Positions 40,001 to 52,650 of a DNA stretch of 64,000 nt are shown here, one piece after another. Below the pieces are notes generated by a model that ran no database searches, was not told the origin of the DNA, and saw only the letters and a program-made list of their open reading frames with translations. Position 1 is the stretch's first letter. Every line of letters begins with the position of its first letter. The position numbers and the translations under genes were made by a program. Origin of the DNA: Tubulanus polymorphus (lineage: Eukaryota > Animalia > Nemertea); the NCBI RefSeq assembly GCF_964204645.1, contig NC_134033.1:5790231-5854230 (forward strand), given 5' to 3'.

Positions 40001-40841
40001 ATGAGTTTAGACCTGTCTTACGTTGTTCGATTAGCTATAGATCCAGAAATGAGCATAGTTAACTGGTCTTAAGTTGTTAGATTGGATATCGAACTAGAAT
40101 GAGATTTGACTGGTCTTTAAAATTGTTGGATTTTTCATAGAACCAACATAAGTTTGCACAGCTGTTGTTAGATTAGTTCGATTTAGGTTCGATACTTAAA
40201 TGAGCTTCGACCAGTTTGGAGTTGTGAGATTAGCTATAGAACAAGGGTGGTACTAGACCAGTTCTAAACCAGAACATTGAGGACTGTCCTTAAACCGAGA
40301 CCATTGAGTGGCCAAAAAGGCCTTAAAGTTTTAAATCGACCGATTTCATCTATCATATTGATTTGAAGACTTAATATTCAGTTTCCTGAAATGTAGTTCC
40401 TCGTAACTTTGTTGGTTCAGTTTGAATTAAAGAGTGAACTTACTTTTGTCGAGAGAACTGTCAAATTCAAACGGGACGGAGCCCTTGTTCCATAGTTGTG
40501 ACTGAGAAACGCGGAATGAGCGTTCAGCTGATTACAATAAAAATAAACAAATTATCTCTAGGTACAAAAGACTGTTACAGTTTTTCTAAAGACAAAATGG
40601 AAAATAGCCAACCGCTCGTCTCATTTAAGCCCCCCTATGACATCACAATTCGTAACGTTTCAATATACATTTCAAATATCGAAAGGCTTATTTTAACCAG
40701 ATGATGTCATATGGGGATTTATCGGGACAGAGTTCTGTAAGCCGGCGGGTCGGTACCTCTAGGAAAATGGGCAGAAGCAACCGATTCAATAATGGCGATA
40801 GTCGCCACCGCTACCAGCAATACCGAAATACTAAACTTCAT
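37029..40841 (-). CDS. Secreted astacin-like pseudoprotease + TSP1 domain, copy B (243 aa)
   Basis: Exons 40841-40757, 40527-40444, 39780-39666, 39287-39178, 38217-38146, 37775-37716 and 37234-37029; lengths (85, 84, 115, 110, 72, 60, 206) and phases match copy A; same HAVTHALGFTDA motif; non-coding exon ends at 41341. Confidence 0.9.
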
Positions 40842-41340
40842 ATTTGTAGACTTTTGTGACTGAAAATAAAGAATACCTTTCATCAAAATATGTTGTTCAG
40901 CAGCTGAGTGAAAGATCATTTCAAGTTAAACTTTAAAACAGAGATATAGTACGTAGTTACTTTCAATGACTATACTAACTATACTAACACTGACTATAAA
41001 CCAAATTACGACGAGCTACAAGAGCGTAGCAGCTTCATCGGGAAAGTCAGGAGAGTTCACGTTAGATATCATCAATATTATTTTGAATATTCATCTCAAT
41101 CTGAAATCCCAAGTAATCTCTCGTCTGGCCAACTCATAATTTATATAAGTACCACATATGTTACAGCCAGCCGTTTCTCATATTTCTTATTTGGCAAATA
41201 TCAAGCTTATACATATAAATATATATATATATATAAATATCTGAGCTTATACAGAATCCATTAAAATCGATGTACAGAGCTTGTTCTCAAATTTCAGATA
41301 TTGTTGAATGATATTTTTGTATATTTTGATATTTTCTTAC

Positions 41341-41700
41341 CTTGTTAACGCAAACTCCTTCGATTCCAGAGCATGGGTTAATCGTGGTTAGATTTGGCTG
41401 CGGTTATATACAAAATTCCATCCATCCTAACAGCTGCGCGGATATCCGGTCATCAACTTCCGGTCATTCACGTGCATCGTGATCAGAGAATTTACTTCCG
41501 GTATGTAACGGCTGCCTCGCGGCATTCTTTGTTTATCGAATCGATTTTCCGTATCGGGATAAACAGGATCATACTTATCCCCTCGTGACGTTATTGTGTC
41601 AATATGACACGAAATTCCGGGCTCGATGGAAACATTTACATCTGTCATCGTAGATTCTTATCGATTCAGTAAACATGATGGCGACGTGATCACGTGGTAC
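41341..41700 (-). promoter_or_regulatory. Promoter and non-coding first exon of pseudo-astacin copy B
   Basis: TATATAA 41410-41404; CCGGAAGT at 41463-41456 and 41501-41494; CACGTG 41691-41696; alignable to 26128-26510. Confidence 0.65.
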
Positions 41701-41771
41701 GTCTGCAGCTGAGTACAACTACGTAGATAGCATTTTGACGCTATTTGTCCAATGCCTGTGGTACAAATTTC

Positions 41772-42063
41772 ATCTTCCCCGCCAGGATTCGAACCTGAGG
41801 GTATCGAGATTGCCACGATACGAAACCATGCCACACCAGACCGAGTACGCAGCTACACGCGCAGCTTTGATGATGTCATTATTAGCCAATCAGATATCCC
41901 GTTTTATTTCAGCCCGGGTTTTCCCGTTTTCAGTTCTCAAATTTACCTCGTCGATTAAACAACAAGCAATCTGATTGGTGCGCACCCTGTCTACTGTGAC
42001 AGGGGTTCGTTCCGTGGCTGAGTGTAGCGATGCCATTAGGTTCGAATCCCTGCCGAGGGAGGA
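41772..42063. mobile_element. MITE with imperfect terminal inverted repeats
   Basis: Ends 'ggattcgaacct' and 'aggttcgaatcc'; family members at ~60015-60345 and, inverted, at ~62452-62706. Confidence 0.7.
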
Positions 42064-42787
42064 TGTACAAAGTGGTACAAGACTATTAGAACAGGCCAAT
42101 TTGAATTTTGTTTAATCGTTCCACTAGCCGAACAGACAAATCGCTTTGTACGGCCCGAATCAGCCACCATAATTTTCAGACAACCCCCGAGACAATCAAA
42201 CCGTTTCTATACGAGAGGGGATGAACCTCACACCAGACAATGCATAAACACAGTCGATTGAGGAATATTGGAAAAGTTCATTCTCACAAAACGATAATAC
42301 ACAATAATCATAGCACTGTACACGAAAGCGATTCTAATAACGACATAATGATAACAAACTTCAGAAGATGAAGACCAAAATAAAGCAAGGTCCAAAACCT
42401 GAATTACTGAAGGCGTATAAATCCGATCGTCCCACGCGACAGACTCGATCGTAACATGTTATAGAGTTTATTGAAGAATTAACGTTATTTTCAGAATGAC
42501 CAAAGTCGTGGAGTATCGATTAAGTGTAAAGATTAAAAGCCACTACATAATACATTATAAAGATTGACAACGAAATGAATCATCTATTGATAATCGAATA
42601 AGAATATTAAGATACAGTCATGGCGTTTCGTGTTTTTCTCTTGAGATGGTCGTTACTTGGTTTTATCTATTTGAATAAATGTTACGTTTGATTACGGTTA
42701 TAATTGCCATTACAATATTGACGTAAATTGAAAAATAGTGATTTGCCAACATTGAAGCTTCCACGGTAACTTAATCAGTAAAACATG

Positions 42788-43076
42788 TTATTAGACTATG
42801 TGCAAGTGTCTGAAGCTAGACCCATCTTTGTAGATAACTTCATCAGTGGCTTGGTACCATTTGATCAACGGCAATCAGATCTGTATTATATTAACGACAT
42901 TCGACGACGTTATTTTGTCGTTTGATGAACAAATCACATTCACGATTCAAAACACATTTCAAACCGCAATCAATTTCAGACGCTGTTCCTGTGGCTGGTT
43001 CGAGTGGGTTGATATCGGACGAAGGCAGATTCCTTGACGCGGTATCAATCACAAAATATACAAAGTATTCGCCAAC
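42788..43076 (-). pseudogene. Pseudogenised last exon of a PAN/apple paralog
   Basis: Aligns to 31463-31750; Leu TTA has become TAA at 42893-42891, acceptor AG has become AT at ~43058, and there is a 3-nt deletion; no upstream exons found. Confidence 0.85.
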
Positions 43077-43370
43077 AAAGTTAAATACAACATTGAATCC
43101 ATAGACTTTTTAAGAGTAATCGAATAATTTTATCTTAAAGTAGGGAATAACCCTGTTATTTATTTGAGTGGTATATTTGGTTTGATTTGACTTTGATTGA
43201 TGTCCCTAATAAACCAACCACACCTAATATGACCGAAGCAGGGGTATTGATATTGAAATTGGATATCAAAGTACGGATAAAGTTGTGTGATCGGCGGTCG
43301 AGATTACGGCATTTTTTGATTTAATCGTAGTTTTTTTTCTCAGGGCAAATATGAAAACAATAGGAACTCG

Positions 43371-45650
43371 ATTGATTGATTGATTGATTTTATTTTCATA
43401 GAACATAGTTTAATATAATAATTTATCTTACAAAATACCACAATGAACTATGAAGGACTCGTCCAGAGCCTGAAGGCTGTGGCTCTGAACAGAGTGGACG
43501 AGCCCCGGTGACTATGAAATGGATGATGACAATGATACAAATGTCAATATTATAAGGCTTATCTATGGTAAGCTCTTTTCAAAACAATATACAACATACA
43601 ATGGTAATACTACAATAACTATTATATAACATAAACATACCATGATAGAATATTTTAGGGGGACGGGATGAATATTCAATATCTATTGTTGAGCTGTTTT
43701 TTGTAGAGCCTGGTGAATGAATGAATTGATGGAGATTTTCTGATTGTGTTATCGATTGTTTGCCAAATGACAGGAACTTTGTTAAAAAACGATTGATTGA
43801 ACATATTCGTTTTGTGACGGACAGATTGTGGATAATTTCTTGATCTTGTGTTATGTGTGTGGTTTACTTGGTTATGTTGGAACAATGCTTTAGCAACGGA
43901 CTTTTTCCGCGTTGCCAATTTTACAAAACTGAAAATTCAAACGATTGAATCTATGTGTTAATACCAGTTTATTTTACGTCTTAATCAGTTGGAAAGCAGG
44001 CACAGAGTGTTATGATAATTAGTTACAGTATACACAGAATAGAATCGAATATTATACTACTTGATTACTCATACTTCATCAGATCGTAACTGAGATTGTC
44101 CTACAATGACTTTTCTTTAACTACATACTTAATACAAAGGCCTATTTCTACAAACAAATAATCATTAGCCGTCATTTTAGATTAAATACCTAATCTATAA
44201 AAATTGACTCTCAGTACCAAATGTACGTGTTACATAAAGGTCTGATTTCTCAGCTAAGCCTAGGTACACATTTATGCCAAAACATATATAAGATTTAACT
44301 ATGAAAAATGGATGTAACTCACCTGAAAATTCAAACGATTGAATTTATGTGTTAATACCAGTTTATTTTACGTCTTAATCAGTTGGAAAGCAGGCACAGA
44401 GTGATCAAATCTGTGCTGTCAAAAACCAAGTTGATTAAGACACTCCCATCAAGAAATTAGTGACCAAAACTTCTAGCGATTGGTTCATCCAAATCTTAAT
44501 GACCTATTAAGACACTAATTACCTGATGAGAGCTAAACTAGTTGCGAGGGCAGGTGAGTTGAGAGTTGTTTATATTGCTATTACATCACTTATTCAAAAA
44601 TAGTGCCAGTTCGCTAGGTAGACAAAATACTCACTAAACAAGACAGCCTACTTGAGCTGCCAAAACGGTATCCGGGTAAAAGTGACAAAGACTAAGGGTT
44701 AGATCCATTAATGGACATAGGAAAAATCTACAAATATGTTTTCTTAGCTACAAATGACCTGGCAAAATATTGATCACAACATTTAAACATAAAAACACAA
44801 TCCGCAGTTCCAGATAAAAATACTCCTTGCTAAACTGCTCTTATCGGGGTGGGCAATTTTCCTTCGAAGTATTTGTAGCCAATTTTTGCGAGGTCTAAAT
44901 TCATTATATCTTCAAATTTTAGGATATCATATTTTCTAAATAAGTGTGATGCGGGGGCATTATAGCGGCTTTTATCGATATATCTGATTGCCCTTTTCTG
45001 CAATTTGAAAATGGTGTCTATTTGCTTTTTTGAGAGAAGAGTGCCCCACGATGTCACTGCATAAGATAAATGTGTATGTATATAGCCATAATACAGCAGT
45101 TTCTTACTCCAAGCAGGTATAAATTTTTTTATTCTTCTTAATAAATACAAGTTTCTATTGATTTTTTAACAGGTTTGTTTGAATTGTTGTTCACAAGATA
45201 GATTTTCATCAATAAGTACTCCTAAAAATTTACACTGTTTTACTGATTTTATTTTCTCAGTGCCAAATATGAGATCTATATCTGTTTGGAAACTTTTACT
45301 TCTGGGCCTAAAAATCATGCAATTAGTTTTCTTGAAATTGACTGTAATTTGTTAGCATGGAACCAATCGATCAGTGTAGATAGGTCATCTTTCAGAAGAT
45401 CTAAAATAGTGTTAAGGTTCTTTCCGGTAATATATGTGCTAGTGTCGTCTGCGAATAATATACTTTTACAGGATTTTAAAACTTGATGGGCATCTTTAAC
45501 GAGAAAAAGCAGTGGTCCGAGTATAGAGCCTTGAGGAATTCCGTATTCGACTTTAGCTAGATTTGATTTGATTCCGTTGACCTTTACATACATTCTCCTT
45601 TCACTGAGGTAACTTTTCAACCATTGCAATGGAATTCCTCTTATTGTATA
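43371..45650 (-). mobile_element. 5'-truncated CR1/L2-type LINE (RT fragment) interrupted by an insertion
   Basis: WLKSYLSERRMYV, YGIPQGSILGPLLFL, ILFADDT, LQKRAIRYI; frame ..PTPIRA resumes as LFQHNQVNHTHNTR after the 43889-44835 insert; (ATCA)n tail at 43371-43390. Confidence 0.9.
43889..44835. mobile_element. Non-autonomous TIR-like insertion nested in the LINE
   Basis: Ends TTTAGCAA and TTGCTAAA(C), flanked by TGC on both sides; internal ~80-bp direct repeat at 43929 and 44323. Confidence 0.6.
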
Positions 45651-45949
45651 CTTGATGCTCTTGAAATCTACCTGTAATCAGGATTTGAAGAATTAAGCAT
45701 TGTGCAAAGGTAAGAATTTTTTGCTAAGTGCAAACACAAGTTCCTGGCATTATTTTTGAGCTATTCAATTGAGAATTGTTATACCAAAATGTATTTGCGA
45801 TCTAATGAGGAGTTGGCGTACTATTCCGCACCGCGGCGCTGCTATGCAACTCGGTTTCTAATGAATTTAAAAGTCATATTGAGGAAAGATATTTTGAGGG
45901 TTCTGGTTTAACATTGAATGAAATTATATTTTTAGATTTAAATATTTTT

Positions 45950-48070
45950 AATACAGAAAAGGAATAAAGCATCAAAAAGTAATACAATGTTTACAAATTA
46001 TGTAACTTTACAACAGAAAAGGATATTAAAGCATCATCTTATATAAAATTACCACTTACAACAAAAGCAGTAATAAATGTTCAAAATGAAGATAATAAAT
46101 GTTTTCTATGGTCAATTATTAGTTGTTTACACCCAACTCAGGAAAATGTTTGTAGAATAACAGATTATCGGAAATATGAAACATTATATAAAATTGATCA
46201 ATATCCAGTAACTATAAAGATGATTCCTAAAATAGAAAAAAGTTGATAATTTAAAAATAAATGTATTCGAATTAATGCAATTACAAAAGGTGAGACAAAA
46301 GGTGAAAATATTAAAGATTATACATTAGGAGCCTTACATTTTACAGAATATTATGATGATGAAAATGTAATAGATTTATAATATTACGAAAAGATGAAAA
46401 TAAACATTATATGTGGTTAAAACAAATAGATTTATTCTTTAGAACAGAAAATGATTTCAACAGTCATAACAAAATATATTTATGTAGCAAATGTTTATCT
46501 AAATTTAGAACTGAAAATGCGTTACTAAAGCATAAAGAATCATGTGATAATAAAGATTTTTGCAAATTAATAATGCCAACAGAAAAAGATTATAAATTGA
46601 AATTTACTAATTATAAATTTAGAAATATAGTGCCATTTGTAATTTATGGGGATTTTGAATCGTTGAATAAAGAATTAACTGGTCAAGATAGAAACGAAAT
46701 ATATAACAAAAAGCAATTTTTAAAATCAATGGACAAAGGAAATGAATTAAGACATAATTCAAGACCCACCAATCATAAATACAATTTAAAAAGTTCATCG
46801 AAGAGCTGCAGCTTATTATAAATACAATTATATTGTTCATAATAGAATGTAAAAATTTTATCTAAAACTCTAAAACAAGGAATGAAATTAAAGAAATTAC
46901 ATATATATATTGAATTTAATCAATCGAAGTCGTTAGAAAAATATATAGATTTCAATACTCAACAGAGAATGATATCTAAAACAGATTTTGAAAAAGATTT
47001 TTTTAAATTAATGAATAAAAGTTTTTATGGAAAAACATGTGAAAATATTAGAAATAGAAATGATATTGAATTATTAGATAATTCTGTACGATTGAGACAT
47101 TTACAATCAAGTCCTAGACATTTAGAAAATAAAAGATTTGAAGATTATTTAACAGCAATAAAATAAAAAGAACGTCAATGAAATTTAATGAACCAATATT
47201 TATAGGTTCGACTGTTTTAGAAATATCAAAATTGTTAATGTATGATTTTTATTATAATGTTTTACAACCACTTAATTGGGAAAAGCATATTGAAATATTA
47301 CATTTTGATTCTGTAACAGCTGACACCACAATATTATTAAAATATAATAATCAAATGTTAACTAGTAGAATTTTAGAAATAATACCTAATCATAATAAAC
47401 TTTATATTACATATGGTGAAAAGGAATTAATACAAATAAATGGATTAATATATGTTTGAGCAAAAAATGGATGGAAAACATTAATTTAAGAATATTATTA
47501 GACGTAAAACGAATAAGACGATTTATAGAGTTAGAACTAAATTAGAGTTTGTAGATGTTACTGAAGATCACAATTTAATTAAACGAAATGGTGATGAAAT
47601 AAAACCAACTGATATGAAAATTGGAGATGAATTATTACATAAAAGATTTTATCCAAGAATGAATCATATGTAATTTGATGAAATAATAGATAATATTTAT
47701 AACATAGAACCAGAAACATTAGAATAAAAAGAATATTTTATCAAAGGATTTTTTTATGGGTGATGGTTCAGCAGGTGTCAATAATTATGTTGGTGGCAAT
47801 AAATATTGTTGGTATTTATGCAATCAAGATTTGAAATTATTTGAAAGAATAAAAAAATACTGTGAAGTTTTTCCAAATAAAGTTTTTAAACTCATTGATA
47901 TTATGAAATCAGCAGCAGTTTATAGAATACTTGTGAATAATCCTAAAGATTTTGCATTTAAATATAATGATGAATTCTATAACTATGCACTAGTCAAAAG
48001 TAATACTTCAACCAAAGAAAAGATAGTGCCAGATTATGTATTAAATGCAAAATATAATTTAAGGATTTAA
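45950..48070 (+). mobile_element. polB: Decayed Polinton/Maverick-type (endogenous virus-like) protein-primed DNA polymerase B with intein
   Basis: Very AT-rich. Fragments QNEDNKCFLWSIISCLHP, CSKCL..LLKHKESC, PFVIYGDFESL (ExoI), EKDFFKLMNKSFYGKTCENIRNR (motif B), PIFIGSTVLEISKLLMYDFYY and ILHFD (start of motif C); stops, frameshifts and a large internal deletion near 46830. Confidence 0.88.
47310..48070 (+). other. Intein with LAGLIDADG homing endonuclease (degraded, C-terminus lost)
   Basis: Block A SVTADTTILLK directly after HFD; block B FVDVTEDHNL..IKPTDMKIGDELLH (47551-47640); LAGLIDADG-type YFIKGFF(frameshift)MGDGS at ~47735-47770; KEKIVPDYVLNA. Confidence 0.82.
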
Positions 48071-48074
48071 GGAT

Positions 48075-48295
48075 TTAATTCAAGTTTATTAAAATACTGT
48101 TTGATGTACCCACGACCTTGGTTAACAAAAACCTGAGTAAAACCTATATCGTTTAACTAACCTTGTACAGAAGATATCCATTTGGAACTATATATAGTAG
48201 TAGTTTATTCTTTATCAAAGTGTGTACTATACTTGTATGACAGATAATCAAAATTACAAATCTTAACAAAATAATTTAATAAAAAATTACATGCT
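48075..48295 (-). mobile_element. LINE ORF2 3' fragment
   Basis: Minus-strand KWISSVQG*LNDIGFTQVFVNQG resembles the LINE post-RT region; it abuts and truncates the intein. Confidence 0.45.
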
Positions 48296-49029
48296 GGAAA
48301 AACAGAAATATCAAGTTGATGGGGTAGCAATATTTGCTCGGTATCTATGTTAAGCGCATCATCAAAGTGAGATCAAATTAACTGTATAGCGAAGCTTGAT
48401 TGGGATTAATATATCGAATAAAATTGTACTTTCGCCTGAATTGATAGTGCTAGTTGTCTTGTCAACTTCAATGGCTCGGGGGTTCGATCCCTCCTGGAGT
48501 TTTTGAACTCTTGAAATTTGCGAATCACTTGTTCCCGCCTTGGTGATTCAGTTGGGAAAACAGTTTCACAGTTATCCGTCAGGTTTTAATCAAGAATGAA
48601 TATGAGTCAAATCTGATCTGAGAACAGACTGCATTGGGAGTGTGTTTGATAATAAACTTCCAGATATTTAACTACATTTTATAAGATATTTCAACATTTG
48701 CCATGAATTCTTGTACAAAGAATATTTACATTCAATTTAGTAACATTTATATTGTACACAATAGCAAACATTCACAAAATCTCATTACAGTGTTAGATTT
48801 CTGAGAATCATTTTCAATTCGCTGTTGACAATAAACCTTACAAAGGAATTGTTGCTGTAACAAAGACTTCGTGATAACATTTGCTCCGTGAGAAAGAAGC
48901 ACCAAACTAACGGTACCTTAATATTGGACTTTAATTGATTTTCCAATATGAGAGAAGACACGGTCAGTTGCAGTACATACGGTACCCTCTCAGACAGTCA
49001 GTATTACTCTCATTTCATCTGCACGGATC

Positions 49030-49998
49030 ATGAATTCAACTCGGGTGCAAATTGGTCGAACATACAGCAGTAACATCGCTCTCATGTCTGTGGTGAACAG
49101 GTCTGGAATTTACCGTAATGTATCATTGGTCATTCTGCCGGTCGTGTTCCTGTTTGCAGCGTTTGGGAATTCAGCTACTTTCCTAATAATGATAAGTAGC
49201 AGATTCCGCGGTTTATCTTACGCTAACTATCTTATCGTTTTGTCTCTCAGCGACTCTATGTACTGTATCAGTTTAACACTGCTGCCTGTTTTGCAGTTTG
49301 TTCTCTTGCACGTTAAAGATGGTCCTATATTCATCATAGATTCACTGATAAGTTGTCAAATCTATGAATTTCTAATGCAACTTGCCGGCTGCAATTGTTC
49401 GTGGTTAATAGTAGCAATAACTCTGGAACGTGTGGCTGTTGTTCTCTTCCCGTTCACATCTCGTTTGATATGTACACCGAGATTCGCTAGGTTTGCTATA
49501 TTGATAATTACTGCAGTGAATATACTGATTCTATATCTCACACCTGCTATGACGATACATTTTACCGACTGGTTTTTTGGATGTTACTATGGCTTGTTTG
49601 ACCAGATAAAATATTTTGCGGTATTTGTCATCTACGTTTACAATATACCATTAACGTTAATTATCACCTCAAATACTGTTATAATAGTTAAGTTATTCAG
49701 AGGTTCGAAAATCGTTTCGTCTGATCAGAAAACTACAAAATCAAAACGTACAACAATAATGCTTGTAACAGTTTCACTCGCATTTGCAATATTTACACTT
49801 CCTAACACTATTACTACATTTTTACCAATCTCACCGGAGCAGGAAGATTTCCTATATGACATATTTGAACTGTTTGAAATGTGTAACTATGTGATAAATT
49901 TTTACATATATCTTTTACTGGGACGAGAAATTCGTGAATTTTTTTGTACGAAACTATGCTGTAGAAATCCACTCAAAAATAACCATTGGACTTCGTAA
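49030..49998 (+). CDS. Intronless rhodopsin-class GPCR, FMRFamide-receptor-like (322 aa)
   Basis: FGN (TM1), YLIVLSLSD, TM3 Cys, SWLIVAITLER..V.FP, FAIFTLP, NYVINFYIY. Confidence 0.93.
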   Translation: MNSTRVQIGRTYSSNIALMSVVNRSGIYRNVSLVILPVVFLFAAFGNSATFLIMISSRFRGLSYANYLIVLSLSDSMYCISLTLLPVLQFVLLHVKDGPIFIIDSLISCQIYEFLMQLAGCNCSWLIVAITLERVAVVLFPFTSRLICTPRFARFAILIITAVNILILYLTPAMTIHFTDWFFGCYYGLFDQIKYFAVFVIYVYNIPLTLIITSNTVIIVKLFRGSKIVSSDQKTTKSKRTTIMLVTVSLAFAIFTLPNTITTFLPISPEQEDFLYDIFELFEMCNYVINFYIYLLLGREIREFFCTKLCCRNPLKNNHWTS

Positions 49999-51429
49999 TG
50001 TTCCTGGAACTCTTGAATCTTTACACCTTCTCAAACTAGTACCCACAATAAACATTAAATTCTGGGAGCCCTTTCCGACCAGTCGCTACAGAATTTCCGA
50101 TCTATTTTCAAAATTTACTAAAAACACTTGACTTCGATTATTTTATCGGAACACTTCACCTTAAACAAGTCATTTGGTTATTAATAATAATGAATGACAG
50201 AAAGTTGTCATTTTTTCAGCATGCTTTGAAAACCGATCGTCCACACTTCACACGAACTAGTTCTTCGATCAGGCCCTACAGCCGAAACATTAGTGAATTG
50301 AACGATGCATACTTATGAAACCAAAAATATCATCTTTAGGTATTTTTGACGAAACTGATAACAAAGCGCCCTTGCGTTCCACCGTTCAAAGCTGTGGTGT
50401 TGTCATACGGCTAAATACATTACCGGGTACTAAATTTGACAGTTCTGGTATAACAGAGTTTAATACAAAGGACCATTAACCCGTTGAATTCCACTTGAAG
50501 TTGAAGTTGTCCTATACGGCCAAAGCATTCTAACTTTCAGAACCTGAATTATATTTTCAGAACCTGAATCAAATTTATGTAAGTATTGTTTTATAAATCA
50601 GTTTTTGAGTCATTTCCTGTTCTGAGTTGATACTGAGTAGATGTCCCGCGTACTTCTGTCTACAGTATATTTCAGCGTTCTCCCAATTCAGACGTTCATC
50701 TCTGATGAATTCGATGCAGGAAATTCCGGAATCCAGAAATCCTTGTTTACAGTAGAAATCATCGAAATCTTTAATCGGTAACGACTCGTGTAAAGTGTAT
50801 TGTATTTGAAAGGTGGAAATTGTATTGTTTACTTCAAAAGGCAGACAGTTTACAATATAATTTTCATTGTGAGAGTAAAAATATTGAATTTACCTCCATG
50901 AACAAAATTATTTCACATATTCTAGTTTTCTTTTTGTTATACAGCCAACCCCGCATAAGTCGAAGCCCTCGGGACTGACGGTTTTTCTAAGTCGTATTCT
51001 TACGAGTTATCTATAAGTCGTGCTTTTATACGAATTCCACGAAAACTCGTGAAAATACGATACGATGCTCAGATTACAGCATGGTTCGTTATGTTACCCA
51101 TCGATCCTGAGCTGACAGTGCAGATCCTATACCACTGAAATCTACCCTCAATCTATCTTTCCGTTTTTACCACGTGGTGCAGTCCTATAAGAGCACGTGT
51201 ATTCTCGATCGAGAATACACGTGCCCTCAGAACTGCACCACGTGGTAAAAACAGAACTATTACCGCGCAGAAACGAAACGTACGCCCGCGATGAAACGCG
51301 CAGAAACGAGAATTCTGTCTATTTGTTTTTGATCGCAGGAGCTGACCTTGTGTTCAAAGGCGTTTATTTATCTGAACTCTGAAAAACCTGGACGGATAGC
51401 TCGTTATGCCGTCTCGCCGAGGTTATTGT

Positions 51430-51630
51430 CACCGTTTCGTGCGAAGGTTCCTTAACTCTTTTCTTAATTCTAACACGTCAGAGATATTTAAATATCGTCA
51501 ATCCGTTTTCTAGAAGTCCGATTATAACTCCGAAATACTTTATCGGGATTTGCCGCATTTGTTGGCTCGTTATGAGTACAGTTTCTATTCTACCGCTGTC
51601 ATCGTCGTCTTACTTCGAGACAATTTTTGT
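51430..51630. repeat. Dispersed ~200-bp repeat, copy 1
   Basis: Aligns in direct orientation to ~54450-54650. Confidence 0.75.
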
Positions 51631-51838
51631 GTGTTGGAATTAATTTTTCGCGCGGTAATATTTTTTTTGCACGTCATCGTGGAGGATGAAAAAAATATTG
51701 ACATGTCCCGAATCAGCCAACAACGGAATGAATAGATCACCACATGACGTCTTCGTTTAAGAAGCTATCAGCACTAAACGGTGCTGCAAAAGCTGTTGTT
51801 TGGCAGAACTTTGTTGTTTAGCACGTTATTGTTGTTTA

Positions 51839-52170
51839 AGCCCAACGCACACGGCAAAACATTTGTTTCGCCGAAACAGAAAACACGTTTTCACAAAACG
51901 TGTTACGGGTTTTGCCCGCAAACGATAAAACGTTCAACGCACACGGGACGAAAAACGTTTTCGACTACACAAAACGTTTTTCGCAAATCAAGCAGTGCTT
52001 GTTTCGCAAAAAACGTTTTTTGCTCGTGAAAAACGTTTTTTGCTCGCGAAAAACGTTTTTCAGTTAGGCGTTTTGTGTTTTGCCTCCCCCGCACACGGAA
52101 TAGCAAAAAACATCGAAAACGTTTTTTTCACGAGGAAAAAACGTTTTTTCGGTGCCGTGTGCGTTGGGCT
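51839..52170. mobile_element. PIF/Harbinger (Tourist-like) MITE
   Basis: Perfect 18-bp TIR AGCCCAACGCACACGGCA with TTA target-site duplication; internal AAAACGTTTT palindromes. Confidence 0.85.
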
Positions 52171-52650
52171 TTATCGATCGGGTAGCCTATATGTCAGGTT
52201 TCAAATCAAATTGCGCCATAAAAGGTAAATTGGACATAAATAATAACAGCTACAGTTGCTAGATGTGACGTACGTTATTCTACGTACCAACTGCCCAACT
52301 GACGTTCGACATTTTTTAACAGCCATACCCTTTTTATATACAGTTTTTGTTCGTTATCGCGTCGTTATGCGTGTCTTCCCTAGTATTAAGTAATTTTCAG
52401 TGATATCATGTTTACTCTCTTTCGCTGGCTTTCTTTTAATGTAAAATGACCCGAAACGCCGTGAATGACCCAAATGCTGCAATTACGAATATTGTTCATT
52501 TTCTTCTAATATTTCTAGATCAACCCTTGGAATGGGTTCATTTTATTCCAAGATATAGAGTTTCTTCACTATAAGATCCCGGTATTGACAGTAAGATGGG
52601 GGATAGGAATTGGATTTCAAGGCCCAGTGACAAACAAACTCATTATTAGT

